Below are positions 14,501 to 27,100 of a DNA stretch of 64,000 nucleotides, piece by piece. Origin of the DNA: Marsupella aquatica (Eukaryota > Plantae > Marchantiophyta); NCBI GenBank assembly GCA_973895155.1, contig OZ316895.1:3211659-3275658 (forward strand), in the 5' to 3' direction. The number at the start of each line of letters is the position of its first letter. Within the stretch, counting starts at the first letter, position 1. The position numbers were made by a program, and so were the translations under genes. The notes below the pieces were generated by a model that did not search any database, was not told where the DNA came from, and saw only the letters and a program-made list of their open reading frames with translations.

Positions 14501-15873
14501 CAAGGGATTCACACAGGAAAAATGTGTGGATTACAATGAGGTCTTCTCACTAGTTGCTAAGTACTCAACAATACGGCTATTGTGTGTGCTTGTTGTTATG
14601 TTTGGTCTGCTGCTAGATCAGATGGATGTTGTCACAACTTTCCCTCTATGGCACCTTGGAAGAGGTGATCTTCATGAGACAGCCGCTAGGTTTTGTGAAG
14701 AAAGGGCAAGAGGATTTGGTTTGTAGATTGTTGAGATCCTTGTACGGGTTGAAGCAGTCATCAAGATAGTGGAATAAGCGATTTGATGATTGGATCCGTG
14801 CACAAGGCTTTCACAGAAGTGTGTTTGACCCATGTGTGTATCTTAAACCGGTGAAGAATGTTGTTTTTGGGTTCATTGTTTTAGTACTTTATGTGGATGA
14901 CATGCTTATTGCGGCCAAGGATAGGTCTGAGATTGTTAAGCTCAAGGCACTGCTTAGTGCAGAGTTTAAGATGAAGGACTTAGGGCCAACTAAGAGAATT
15001 TTGGGTATGGAGATCACTAGGGACTTGAAGGCTGGTAAGCTATGGTTGACGCAGAGCAGTTATGCGAGGAAGGTAGTTGTAAGGTTCAACATGGGGGATA
15101 GCAAGCCAGTAAGTATCCCGTTGGCTCCACACTTCAAGTTGTCATCAGCTTTCTGTCCTACGGATGACACAAAGAAGGGGTTGATGTCAAAGGTTCCGTA
15201 TGACAAGGCAGTGGGGAGTCTCATGTATTTGATGACTTGCACTAGACCTGATCTTGCCATGGCTATGGGCAAGGTGAGCAGGTACATGTCGAATCCAGGG
15301 AAGGTACACTAGGAAGCAGTGAAGTGGATTATTCAGTATTTGAAGGGTACCGTGGATCATGGTCTATTGTTTGATGCACATGTTGATAATGCTAGATCAT
15401 TGATGGGCTATGTAAATGCTGACTATGCACAGGATCTGGATCGGAGGAGGTCAACAACAGGTTATGTGTTCACACTTGGAGGTGGATGCATAAGTTGGAG
15501 GTCTACTTTGCAGAAGTGTATTGCTCAGTCTGCTACAAAAGCGGAGTATGTTGCAACAGTGGAAGCAACAAAGGAAGCGATTTGGTTGGATAGATTTATC
15601 ACTGAGATGGGATTGCCACAGGGGAATGTGAAGCTCCATTGTGATAGTTAGAGTGCACTCCACCTTGTTGTGAACCAGATGATGGACAACAGAGTGAAGC
15701 ACATTGACGTCAGGTACCATTTTATCAAGCAGGCTGTGTTTGATAATATGTTTGAGCTAGTCAAGATTGATGGTAAACTCAACCCGGCTGACGCTTTTAC
15801 CAAAGTGATTCCTTTGGAGAGTTTTTCTAGACACCGTGATGCGTTGCAGGTTTTGCAATTGCCTCACAAGTAG
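11523..15873 (+). pseudogene. Copia gag-pol polyprotein with premature stops and a frameshift
   Basis: Gag zinc-knuckle remnant CWKCNQVGHFKRDY; protease WILDCACSFH; integrase WHSRLGH..CEHC, HSDVW, SDNGGEY; RT YKARVVAKGF, QMDV, LYVDDML; RNase H RRSTTGY, KHIDVRYHFI. Seven TAG stops, one TGA and a frameshift near 14640. Confidence 0.95.
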
Positions 15874-16053
15874 GGTTACTTAACATTTGTGTAGATACTG
15901 AGATATGCTCTTGCTCATTCCTTGTATAGGCTACGGCTTAGTTCTGGTCTACTCTCGTATAAAGAGGGAAAAACTGGTTTGGTTTTTCTTTCCAGAACTT
16001 CCCGCTGAGCAATCATATAGGTTGCAGTCTTTACCCTCCCCTAGACCAGAGTC

Positions 16054-16064
16054 AAAGGGGAGAT
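16054..16064 (+). other. Polypurine tract
   Basis: AAAGGGGAGAT immediately before the 3' LTR. Confidence 0.9.
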
Positions 16065-16403
16065 TGTTAGGATTTACTCTTAGGTCTAGAGTTACGACTG
16101 TACCATAGTTAAGGCTAACCTTAGTTGCAGACTTGGTTAGGTTAGTCATGTTGTGCACACTCTATGCGGTGTTTGCTTGGAGAGGTGGAACTCAGGCTCA
16201 TTGTTACGGAGCTAGTTGAGAGATAGAGAGAGCTTGCGCTGTGGATGCTTGGTATGGCCGGTCGGCCTAGAGTGCAGTAAAGCTCATGTGTGTTCCCATG
16301 GACGTAGCCTCATGTGGAGGTGAACCACGTATCTCTCTGTGTCGACTCTTGTGCGTTAGATGGTTCATGGGCTTGCCGTTGCGATTATCGTCTATGCTCA
16401 ACA
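16065..16403 (+). repeat. 3' LTR (339 bp)
   Basis: TGTTAG...CAACA followed by the TSD GCCGT. Confidence 0.97.
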
Positions 16404-16762
16404 GCCGTGTCGTTCTCATGCGCCAAGCGTCCTTTCTGCATGAGCTAAATTTCTTTGGTCTTGGGTCTAAAGACATAAACTATAACATCCTTACCAAACG
16501 ACAACAAAAGACTACATTAGTAAAATGTAGGAAATTGTGTATGGGCAACCCTAACCGCAAAAAGAGCGACTTCATAAACTACAGAACAAAAGTGCACAAC
16601 GACGTGGTAAGTTGAGACCAAAAACTGTGTAGTTTCTCCATTTAGAAGAACATCCTGTATGGTAACAAAACTTTCATACTCATCAATTCTAGAATGATAT
16701 ATTTTGTGCTACAACATTTGTTGCAAAACAATTTTCACAAAGGCATCTTTTAGTAGACAATT

Positions 16763-17194
16763 AGGGTGTCTCAAAACTGACAATTTGATGTACCTCAACT
16801 CCCTAGTTATGGGTTATGGACACATAAAGTTATGGACTACTTAATTTATAGTCCATAACTTTTTTCCAGAAGGATTGGTCTTATCCCATAACCATTAGTC
16901 ACTCTAGAGGCTCGTGAAAGAAAAATTAAACTTTTTGTAAAACAATCTTGTGAAAAAGTTATAATCTATTCTTTATGACCTAATGGGGCGTGTCAAAATG
17001 CAGTTGGAACTCAGTTATGGCTCAGGACATAAACAACTATTACGGTCAGGACAAAATCACTATGGGCTACTAAAACATGTACCCCATAAGGGTGATATGT
17101 CCAAAAATAAATAAAGCCGTAACACTTTGGTTACTGGAGAACTTTGACACGCCCTAATGCCATCATCCATAATTTCCAAGCTTTGAGACCCACT
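16763..17194 (+). mobile_element. MITE (PIF/Harbinger superfamily, ANT-targeting family) carrying a nested MITE
   Basis: TIRs AGGGTGTCTCAAA / TTTGAGACCCACT with ATT on both flanks; body colinear with the copy at 40308-40563. Confidence 0.85.
16985..17155. mobile_element. Nested 171-bp MITE
   Basis: TIRs GGGGCGTGTCAAA / TTTGACACGCCCT with AAT on both sides; absent from the homologous position of the 40308 copy. Confidence 0.85.
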
Positions 17195-17322
17195 ATTAAT
17201 ATTTTCTCAACACCCACATATTTACACACACATACAATGACAGTTTTTGCTCACCCAATATCTTATGTGCGACTGAAGGTGTTGAGCTAGACTTCTCCAT
17301 TAAAGACCCAAAATTATAAAAA

Positions 17323-18083
17323 CATGGTCCCAATGGCAAAGAAGCTTAATGAAAGGGGGGGGGGGGATAGGGGAAAGGGCCCAAGAAAAACAAGCCAAGG
17401 GGCCCCAACCAAATGCCAACGAAGTAACAAAGACAAAAAAGTAACCTACATACGAGTTGTGAAGGCTAACACCCTACTGAACGGAGAACTGAAAAACCTG
17501 GTAGAGCTCCGGAGTAAACCGCATAGGAGGGCATGAAGCAGAGCCTACCAGGAGGCCCTAAAACCAACTACCTCAGCCCTACAAAGGACGGTGAAAGCTT
17601 GAGAGCCACAGACACAAGAACTGAGCAAAAGGAGGGCACCAAAAACCTCAAGGGCAAAGGGATAAAAAAGATCCCCCAAGTAGTAAACTGCATAGGCCTC
17701 CTCTTTTAGCCGAGTCGCCTTAGCTGCAGCATGGCCAGGCATGTGGGTGACAACCATGATATGGCGTCTCCTGGTAGGATCAGCAACAATCACATCCCCA
17801 AAAACACGAACCCCAGCCCTAGAAAAGACCAGATCCACTCACCGTCAGTCAGGAACACCATCCTGAGGGGGAAGAACATGCCGTTGCTCCATGGTAACCA
17901 AAGCCCAGGCAATGGTGGCCACCACGTCACAAATGTCATCATGGGTGGGAGTCCTCTCGCTCCCATGGTTGCACCCGAGAATATGATCTCCCAACGAAGC
18001 CTCACAAATAGACTTGGGTTGGTCAAAAAGAAGTGGAGGAAATCCCAACCTAAATAGTACTGAAGTGGTAGAATTGTAATATT
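17323..18083 (-). mobile_element. 5'-truncated non-LTR retrotransposon with a restriction-like endonuclease (CRE-like), degenerate
   Basis: Minus-strand peptides HILGCNHGSERTPTHDDICDVVATIA..E and MDLVFSRAGVRVFGDVIVADPT...HAAAKATRLKEEAY...FYPFALEVFGAL fit the CCHC plus RLE signature; flanked by a 38-bp direct repeat (17285-17322, 18084-18121). Confidence 0.8.
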
Positions 18084-18726
18084 AGCTAGTCTTCTCCATA
18101 AAAGACCCAAAATTATAAAAAATACCCAAAATTATGAAATCCAGGAAGGGTTAAGGAAGATGCAAGCGAAGCACGTCTAGTAGAATTGGATTATTGGAAG
18201 GCTGAGGGTGTACGTACATAGGGTAGGGTGTACGTAATCTCACAACAGAGTCGTCCCGAATGCCCGTAAACCTGTAAACACGAAGCACTGAGAAACTTCG
18301 GGACTCGGAGGTTTTAACATCGAGAGGGTGCCTGGAGAATTGGTTTTTCCACCCTCGAGGCCGCAGGGTCGAGAGCGGCGGAGTGCGTGCGAAATGAGAG
18401 CATCGCTCTCTCGATCACAGCTTCCTGAATCCAGAGCTTGCAGGACTTGATTTAGGATCCAGCCATCAGCAGGCAGGACCGCTTTTTCGACTCGGAAGAC
18501 TCCGAAAAGTGAAGTCGAAGAAGAGGAGAAGCGTTTTCAGGTTTGTGGATTCTTCCGTGCGCCCTGCCTCGATCGCCACTGCAGAGGGTTTTTTTGCGAG
18601 AACAGGAGGTGAGGAAGGGAGAAGAGTAGGAGAGCGAGTCGAAATTTAGGATCTGAATTTGTTCGACCCGGTTTTGCAAACGCTTGGAGGGAGAGAGGGA
18701 TAGAGACGGGAAGAGAGTCGGGAGGG

Positions 18727-21700
18727 ATGGCTGGGAGCGGCTCGGACGTGAAGGAATGTTGGTACTCAGTGCTGAGCGTGGAGCGGACGGCAACCCCGGA
18801 GGAGATTCGTTCAGCGTACAGGAAAGTTGCTTTGAAATGGCACCCCGACAAGATTCAGCAGAGCGGAGCGTCGGCGAAGGAGTGTGAGGAAGCCACAGCT
18901 CGATTTCAGAACATAGTTCAGGCATACGAGGTTCTGTCGGATCCAGTCGAGCGATCATGGTATGACAAATACCGAAATGAAATTCTTTCTTCAGGAAGCG
19001 CGTCCAAGGATTTTGAGTTCAATGTGTTCTCTTTCTTCTCTCCCTCTGCCTTCTCTGGATTTGGGGGCACGGGGAAGGGATTCTATAAAGTGTACAAGGA
19101 CGTGTTCGTTAACATTCACAAGAAGGAACAGGCTTTTGCGAAGACGTTCGGTATGGGGCCCATCGGGGAAGCTCCGCCTTTCGGGAGTCCGACTAGCCCC
19201 TATTCGGAGGTTGAGGAGTTTTACAAGCACTGGACAGGATTCACTACGGTGAAAGATTTTTCGTGGTGCGATGAATATCAAGTTTCTCAGGCGCCCAATC
19301 GAAAGGTGAGACGTTTGATGGAAGAAGAGAATGCGAAAATACGGAAGAAAGAGCGGCGTGAGTATAATGACGCCGTAAGGGATTTGGCTACATTCGTTAA
19401 GAAAAGGGACAAGAGGTGGCTGGAAAGACAAGTTGAGTTGCAGCGCCTCCAGAAAGAGAAAGACCTGCAATTTAAGTTGAGGAAGCAGCAACTTCAACAG
19501 GAGAAGATCGCCAAAGCTCGGTCTGTTCAAGAGCAGGAGTGGACCAAGATACCTAATGTTGAGGAAGATGATGATGCCATTCAAGATATTAACGAAGGTA
19601 GCTACAGTTGGAAGAGCGGCAACAAAACGAAGACGGATGACGAAGATTTACAAGAACTATACTGCATAATTTGCAGCAAGCGATTTCGTTCTGAGAAACA
19701 GTGGAAAAATCACGAAAAATCGAAGAAGCATATTGAGAGAGCATCAGCTTTGAAACAATCTTTGCTGGACGAAGATGAGCAGGCGGATGCCCTGGTGAAG
19801 GGTGCAGATCTTGAAGGCGACGTCGACGAGTCAGCAGAGGATCACGGACGCATGGCAGCTGGTAGTTCGGATCATTCGACTACATTGAAAGACCACGAGG
19901 TTGAAGAATTTTCTCAGACAATGGACAGAGAGGAGAGTGGTGATTCAAATGGAAGGTCCGACAACCTACGTGGAAAGCCTGCTTCTTGTGATTCCAAGAG
20001 CTTAAAGGCAAAACGAAAGGTACAAAGAAAATTTGACGACTCAGAAGAGGATGAAGATGAAACCCTGGGAGACGACGAGGACAGTATGCTTGCAGCGATG
20101 ATGAACACACTTAAGAGCAGGTTGGCAGTACCTCCTACAGAGGTTGAGGCCACTCAAGATGTGGATGTAGATTTAGACGTAGATGCCCGGGAGGGTTCAG
20201 ACGTGTCCAAGGGACAGAGTGAGAGTGGCTCATCGTCTGACTCAGATGGAGAAAATGCTGTTGATGATAATGACCAAGAGAGCTTACTCACCTCAATGCT
20301 GGAGTCTAATAGGAGCGAGAGCAGATCTTCTTCTGACGAGCAAAATGGTAGAGAACATCAAGGAGACACTGAGGTGAATAACTCCGAAGCTGGATCCACT
20401 CAGCCAGACGAAGAAGAGATAACACCCAGCATAAATCCCGGGAAGAGTAATGGCAGGAGAATGTCGAAGGCAGAATTGCGACACATGGCAGCTGAACGAA
20501 GGCATTCCGACCTACAAAAAGAATTTTCTTCTGCACGAAATGGCAATTCTGCCGGTGAATTAGATGATACACAGCCCATAGCCAGCCTGTCTGTTGAGGA
20601 CTCTTACAATTCTCAACCCACTGCGAATCAGAAGAAGAAAAAGTTGCAAAGAGGGCAAAAGAAAAGCGCGATAGAAGTCCCAAGTGCTAGTCCTGGTCCG
20701 TCACCAGGCTCTCAGCATAAAGAACCCGTGGCCAAGAAAGGTGTTGCAAAGGGCAAGAAGGGCAAGGTATCTCATCTTCTTCCTTCCATCAGGTCTAAGC
20801 CAACGATTCTCGGTTGGCCTTCCTCTCGGTGGCTTCTAACGTCATCTTAATAAGAGCTAAATCTTGCCAGAAGTAGGTACTTGAATTGGTCTTTCCCGGC
20901 AACAGTGGATATCTCGACGTTGTGGCTTCATGGATGAACTTGTTTGGCTTATAAGTTATGTGGGCTATTTGTTCCTATGAACAGGGAGTGGCAAAGCCGG
21001 CAAATACTTGCGACACTTGCGGAGAAGACTTCGACTCCAGGTGAGTGGTTACTCGTATTTCTGTTTCCTTTGCACGATGTAATGGTTCACACCCTACCGA
21101 GTCATCAAGTTTGAGCCTTCGTCTTGACTGGAGACAGGATGTGAGTGATTGGTCACATCTCCGTTTATTTGGTCAATTAATAAAAGCTTGCAATCACTTC
21201 ACTCAGGATCTAAGGGCCTGCAATGGTTGCGAAGTTATCAATTTGAGTGGAAGTTTCATGGTGGGGACTAAAGTAGAACAGCAGTTTAGATCACCATTGA
21301 AGTGCTGCCAAGCTCCAATGCGCATGAAATAATAACCTGCAAATAACCTTATCTAGAATCTTCCCGCTCTCTTGGTACTGTCGTTATCGCATGCTTTCTA
21401 CTAGGAAGGATAGAATATATATGAATATGAATTATGGTGTAGTATGCGTATCACCTCTGAACAAAGGATACCCTTATTGTGGAAGACGCATGATATTTTC
21501 TGAAACTTTCAGACGATACGATGGTGGTTTTTAAATAAAACTCCATGCATTTGCAAGCTGCTAAGGTCCGATTGCTGTCTCATGGATATCTTTGTTTGCA
21601 TTAGGGTTCATGTTGAGTTATCTCAGGTGCCAATGAACGGTCTCTAACTTGTGTAAGTCGTGTATTTTGATGCTAAGGGTTTGCTGCTTGGTTTTCAGGA

Positions 21701-21756
21701 GCCAACTATTCCGCCACATCAGTCTGACCAATCATGCCACTCTGAAGTCGAGGTGA
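18727..21756 (+). CDS. JJJ1: DnaJ protein, JJJ1/DNAJC21 homolog (J domain, zuotin-like region, two C2H2 zinc fingers), 3 exons, 717 aa
   Basis: Exons 18727-20766, 20985-21040, 21699-21756. KWHPDK J domain, APNRKVRRLMEEEN, YCIICSKRFRSEKQWKNHEKSKKH; the spliced C-terminus gives CDTCGEDFDSRSQLFRHISLTNH. Confidence 0.95.
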
Positions 21757-22347
21757 GAAGACAGCGGACTATTTGTTCGATTAACGGTCATACCACCATA
21801 GTTATGGTGAAGTTTTGTATATCAATTCTTCGGGGATGATTTCCACACTGGCCATTGTGGTACCCCTTTTAAAGTACGAAATCCAATTTTTTCTAGTCAT
21901 CAATATCAATTGTAGTGAAGCCACAGCAGTGAAGTCTCAGACCGCGCAAGCCTGAAATTTGCGCAGAAAGAACCATCAAATCTTCTTCAGGAAGTCTTGT
22001 ATGGTCTCTTACAGGCGATTTGATGGAACTTGTATCTCATAATAGTTGCCGCCAATCAGATCTCAGTCAATAGTCGCTGGGCAGGCGCGTTCTGACACAA
22101 ATCTAGAAGTTCATGGGCTCTGCGGGGACGTTGAAATTGTTGAGTCGTCAACGGGAATAGGTGTGTTCAAGTATGTTCATGAAGCTCAGGACGGAAGGAG
22201 ATTTTTTAGATCCCAAATCATAATACTTGAAATGACGGGAATACAACGGGAATAGGTGTGTTCGAGTATCTTTGAAGCCCCTGGCTGAATGTATGGATCC
22301 TGAAAGTGGAACAGGAAACAGGAAATGATAGGGTGGATTTCCATTCG

Positions 22348-22473
22348 TTTCTCGTACTAATGCTTTTGTTTATCGAGTGTTTAGGCTTTACATTTTATCA
22401 TTCTCGCATGGTTCTCGTACTCATGGTTTTGTTTATCAAGTGTTTGGGCTTTACATTTTATCATTCTCGCATG
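22348..22473. repeat. 63-bp tandem duplication
   Basis: ttctcgtact.atg.ttttgtttatc.agtgttt.ggctttacattttatcattctcgcatgg twice. Confidence 0.85.
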
Positions 22474-24192
22474 GGAGGTATTTCGAGAGGAAAAATAGAT
22501 TTGGGTAAGGTGACAGTTGCTCCTTTATGTTACTAGAGATCACATGATAGAGACGTCTATCGGAAGCCTTAAAGTATTCCAAATGCATAATTTAGGTCGA
22601 CTCCCCCACAGAGAGCTTTCAATAGGATGGAACGAGGGGGCTCTAAATATAGCTAATATGGATCACCTTACATGTTTGAAATACTCCAGTACGATGGAAC
22701 AAGGTTCTAACTGTCAAGCAAACATAGACGAACCTCCATGTTCGAAAGATAAGGATGGGACAGGGGCTCTAAATGGAAAGCGAATCTAGACGACCCTCAC
22801 GTGCTTCAACCACAGGACGCATCAGGAAACACAATGAAAGCTATTCCAACATATTGGCCTGACGGAGGCGAAGGTTCTAGTTCTTGCGAAATTTCATAGC
22901 GCCTGATGTGCTCCGTGTTCCCCCAGAATGTAAATTCGTGAAGACCAATAAGAGTATCGTTTAGATCCTGGAGACGAGAAATGGCTGCTTTTCTTATCTC
23001 AATACAAGTCGAGTCTCCTTGATGCTTTACAGAAACAAACCTCGAGACAAACACGGATCCTCCCTCCCTCAGTCCGGGTCCGTGTATTAGATACATATGA
23101 CAGGTTCGACAGGTCTTGATGCGTAGTTCGTCACAGATGGAGCTGCTTCTGGAGGCCCCTGCTGAGTTTCGCTTAGTAATGAATGGTGGTGAAATATATG
23201 CAAGGGCCTATTTCCAAGGGCTATGATAGACTTCTCAAGTCGAACCGAGGACACTGCATCTGGACATGAGCATGTGGAGAACTCATCCGATTTTAAACAA
23301 CCGCAGCCATGACACAGAAACAACCGCAGCCATGACACAGAAACCGCGATGCCTGTCCAATTCCACAGATTTTGAACCCACAGGCACACCTAGCCTCAGA
23401 GAAAAGAGTGAACCATTCCATTTCGTCAATCCAAGAAATTGCAAATGTTGCATGCAAGAGCTAAATGTACTTCTAGCTGAACTCAACCCTTGGAACGTGA
23501 AGGGCGAAGGGCAAGCAATTACACTCCATAAACTGAAGGGATAAGTTTATAAGATAGGCTACAAACTCACTGGCATAGAAATACTAGGAACAAACCAACT
23601 TTGCCACTTGATTGTTAGACCCCAAGAACTAAGTAATTTGACATCACAAAGGACCTACCGATTTACAAACTACTTTCTGTGTGATACTCTAATAGCTCTG
23701 TACCTGCGCTAATCACTTCCTAGGGGATAGTTAGCTAACAAACCTGAAAATCGAAAACAAAACTGTGTAGTCGAAAGGATGAACCTGAAACCTCAACACC
23801 TCACTTTAAAATCCATTCCAAATCCTGCCCACCATGAACTAGGACTGCAAATTAAGAGTAGTAGCATCCGGTTCAAGAGAGTAGTAACGTTCTCTAGTGT
23901 GGGCTGGGGGCAGTAAAACAATTGGTCATTTTGCCGCTGACGGAAAGAGGTAGATAGGTCTCGTTCGGAAAGGGAGTTAAGTTATGGACTTTACATGTCT
24001 GTTGGCCAAACCGAGGCCAGCTTCTAAGACTTCTGGAATGCTATCTTGTCACACGAATGTATTCACTCCTGATTACCACAATCACTCACCAGCAGATGAG
24101 AAGTGCTGAAGGTTAAATCGGAAACGAAAGTCGGAAATAAATATCGGTTGAAGAACAGTCAGACAAATAACTGATGATGTTCTAAAAGTAAA

Positions 24193-27100
24193 CTACCTCC
24201 ACTTCACTGGCTTGCCGTGCGTCTCTCCGTTCACTGAAGTATTTGTGCTTTGAATCATCGAGTCATTACCATTGTGCTCCCTGTAAGCCAGGCCTGTTCC
24301 CGACCTTTCTGATTTGATCGGACCATAGAAGCTCTTGTTCAGACTGGAACGGACTTGAGATGAAATGCGGTTCGTTCTCGGAGAAGACTTGGCGCTCTCC
24401 AAACCACTTGGAATACCTGAAAGAGACTGCCTCTTTTTCACAACAAAATCCTCTTTTTCAGTGTCTGGCCTCGACTTTGGGTTGCTCATCGATCTGGCTT
24501 TGGCGACGGCCGAGGCAGTAGGAGCCATATAGCTAGGAACAGAGCGCTCTCCATGTTCACCCTTGCCAGAAAAACTAGAATTAGAGTTCCGTTTCAGCAA
24601 TTTTCCATTACTGGCACCGGACGACGGCGGAGTCGATATACTCTCCGAGTCTCGTGCAAGATCCAAATTGCCGTCATGGGGAATGAAGCCATCGTCCCCA
24701 ACTGACCCATTCACATGTTCCTCAGCAGTTTCCACAGCAGCCTCTGGCTCGAGTTCCGCTTCAGGCTCGGGTTCTGCTTCTGGTTGGGGCTCCAGCTCTC
24801 CTTGTACAGGCTCGTCCGATGGTAAGGGCAATTCCTCAGGTGGAGAGGGTGATCCAATCGTGGGAGAGAAGGCTGAAGGAGGGGAAAATGGAGCTGTGGG
24901 AGAAGAGGGGATCGAAGAGGGTTCCACCAATGTACCGAGCACCGGTGGGGAGGCGGTCGGCGGAGAAGATGGATCAGGATTCACAATCGAAGAGGTGGCC
25001 GGGACTACTTCTGGAGAAATAGCAGCTGGTGGTGGTGCTGGACCAGGAGGAGCAGCTGAATCTTGGCCTGCTGGTGGAAGAACAACGTTCGGACCTGTGG
25101 TCTCTACTGTGGCTGGAGGTTGTGATGGGCTTGGTGCAGCCAACGCAGAGGAATCAGAAATTGATCCCCACCGTCTTTTGGGATGGGATTTTGGTTTGCT
25201 CACAGGTTCCACAACCTCCGCATCACTTTTGAATAATTCCTTTCGCTCTACTGGGCTCTTAATTCCTCCTTTAGGACCGCTTTCTGGGCTCTTGACTGCA
25301 TTTCTAGCCACACCGTCCGGACCTTTAGTCCCACCCTTCGAAATGCTATCTGGGGTCTTGACTCCACCTTTAGAAACGCCTTCTGGACTCTTGGCTGCAC
25401 TTTTGGAAACACCATCTGGGTTCTTGACTCCATTCTTCATGACACCGTCAGGGCTCTTCACTCCAACTTTCGAAACACCATCTAGACTCTTCACAATACC
25501 CTTAGAAATATTCCTGTCCAGATCAAAGCTCGTTCTCGCTGAATTTTTGGGAGGAGTTCTATCCAAATCCCCATTTGTCCTCGTTGGAGTCTTGGGGGCA
25601 CTTTTGTCCACATCAACACTCGTCCTGGCTGCAATTTTTGGAACAGTTCCGTCTTGACCAGGAGTTGCTCTGCCAACGCTTTTCGAACCACTTCTGTCGA
25701 GATCAATACTGGCCCTCGTGGCATTCTTTGGGGTACTTCCGACCTCTCCAGCCTTGGGAGTTAATTTGAGATTCTTCTTGACGGTCTTCTCCGAAAACGT
25801 AGGTTCTGGGCTAAACCGAGTCTCCCAGGGGCGTGCAGACATCCACCGCTCGAGCCAGCTCCATCCCCAATGTGGTTGATCCGGTTCACAGTCAATGTAA
25901 AGATTTTGCTTCGGAGACGACCTCCTCAGCTTCATGACAACCAACGAATTTCAAAATAGAGTCAAATTATAGTCGTTGTCAACACCAGAAAACCTGAATA
26001 CTTCACTCTCCTACAACAAAATATCTGTCACCATCACGAGTCTTCATTTTCCTAGGTCCTCACGGGATTCCGAACTCAAAGAATCCACATAAGGCACAGT
26101 ATGTCCAGAACCAATGGAACAACTTGCAAGGAAAAAAGGGTCTCTAGTTTCCTACCCTGCGAGTCAAGTATTTTAAGACGTACTTCTTTGACGAGCAAAC
26201 TAGAACTTACCTGCTGTGAGAATGCATATGCCATGGCTCTCTCGCGCTTCCGAGCCCCCTCTTCCCTGCTATGGTTCTTTGCTTCTTGGTCCTTCAAAGT
26301 TGCAGTGCTAGCGTTCCAGTCATCCTACAAGACATGTAAAAATTAGATCCTGTCCCCTGGACCAACCAACAAAACGGAAAATGACGTCCAAAATTCCATT
26401 CAGGACAGCAGACGAGTTCTGCAAAAGCAATCAATGTAATACTTAGGTGCATTTACAAGAAATAGTGTCAATTTCCTTGGGTACCACACATTCAGATTTA
26501 CCGGTACCAGATCCTTTGCATAATTTGCAATGAGCAAAAACGGGCAGTTCTCACAGATGAGAAAAACATCGCCAAACTTGTACATACCGTTTCTTTTCTA
26601 TACTGTAGCTCGCGAGACTGAGAAATCTGGCGCATAACTGCTTGGCCTTCTTCGGACATACGCACTCTCCGAGCCCTGACTCGTGCCTGAACACGAACCA
26701 ATGCCTGCATGCATCGCAACGTAATGGCTGCCTGACGCCGCACAGTGTGCCCTCGTACCAATGCCTGCAACCTCACCAGGCCTTTCAAGGCTCTGAGAGC
26801 CCTCCGCGCCTAGCATTGGTAAACAAAGTAAGAAGGCATCCTGTATAGTGTAGAACTTAAAAAGAAGTATCAACCAGTCACATACAGTCGCAGGTCTATC
26901 ATAAAAATAAGCAAGAAGTGAAGAAAGTGGCTGCTCTTCTTCAATTACCCAATCAATCTCTAGCGGCAACGTTTCTCATAAAATTGTACTTGACAACGGC
27001 CATTGTCCCAATCCACCTACACTTGCCATGAATAAGTCCATCCACATCGATAAGCAAAGACCACATCACAAAAGTCCGATAAGCAGCAGACTTTACCAAG

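Larger units (their letters stand above)
9651..16403 (+). mobile_element. Full-length Ty1/copia LTR retrotransposon, coding region decayed
   Basis: TG...CA LTRs at 9651-9995 and 16065-16403; 5-bp TSD GCCGT (9646-9650, 16404-16408); PBS TGGTATCAGAGC; PPT; domain order gag-PR-IN-RT-RH. Confidence 0.98.

Noticed and set aside
18452-19584. Minus-strand ORFs of 168 and 197 aa
   Set aside because: Antisense to the JJJ1 coding exon, with no independent motifs.
20767-20850. C-terminal tail of the 707-aa ORF (VSHLLPSIR...)
   Set aside because: Read-through into an intron; splicing at 20766 restores the conserved second zinc finger.
22517-23544. Cluster of ~70-100-aa ORFs between the JJJ1 and IQD 3' ends
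   Set aside because: No family motif and no consistent splice model; could be 3' UTR or a decayed fragment.
24563-25657. 364-aa plus-strand ORF
   Set aside because: Antisense shadow of the low-complexity Pro/Ser-rich IQD exon.
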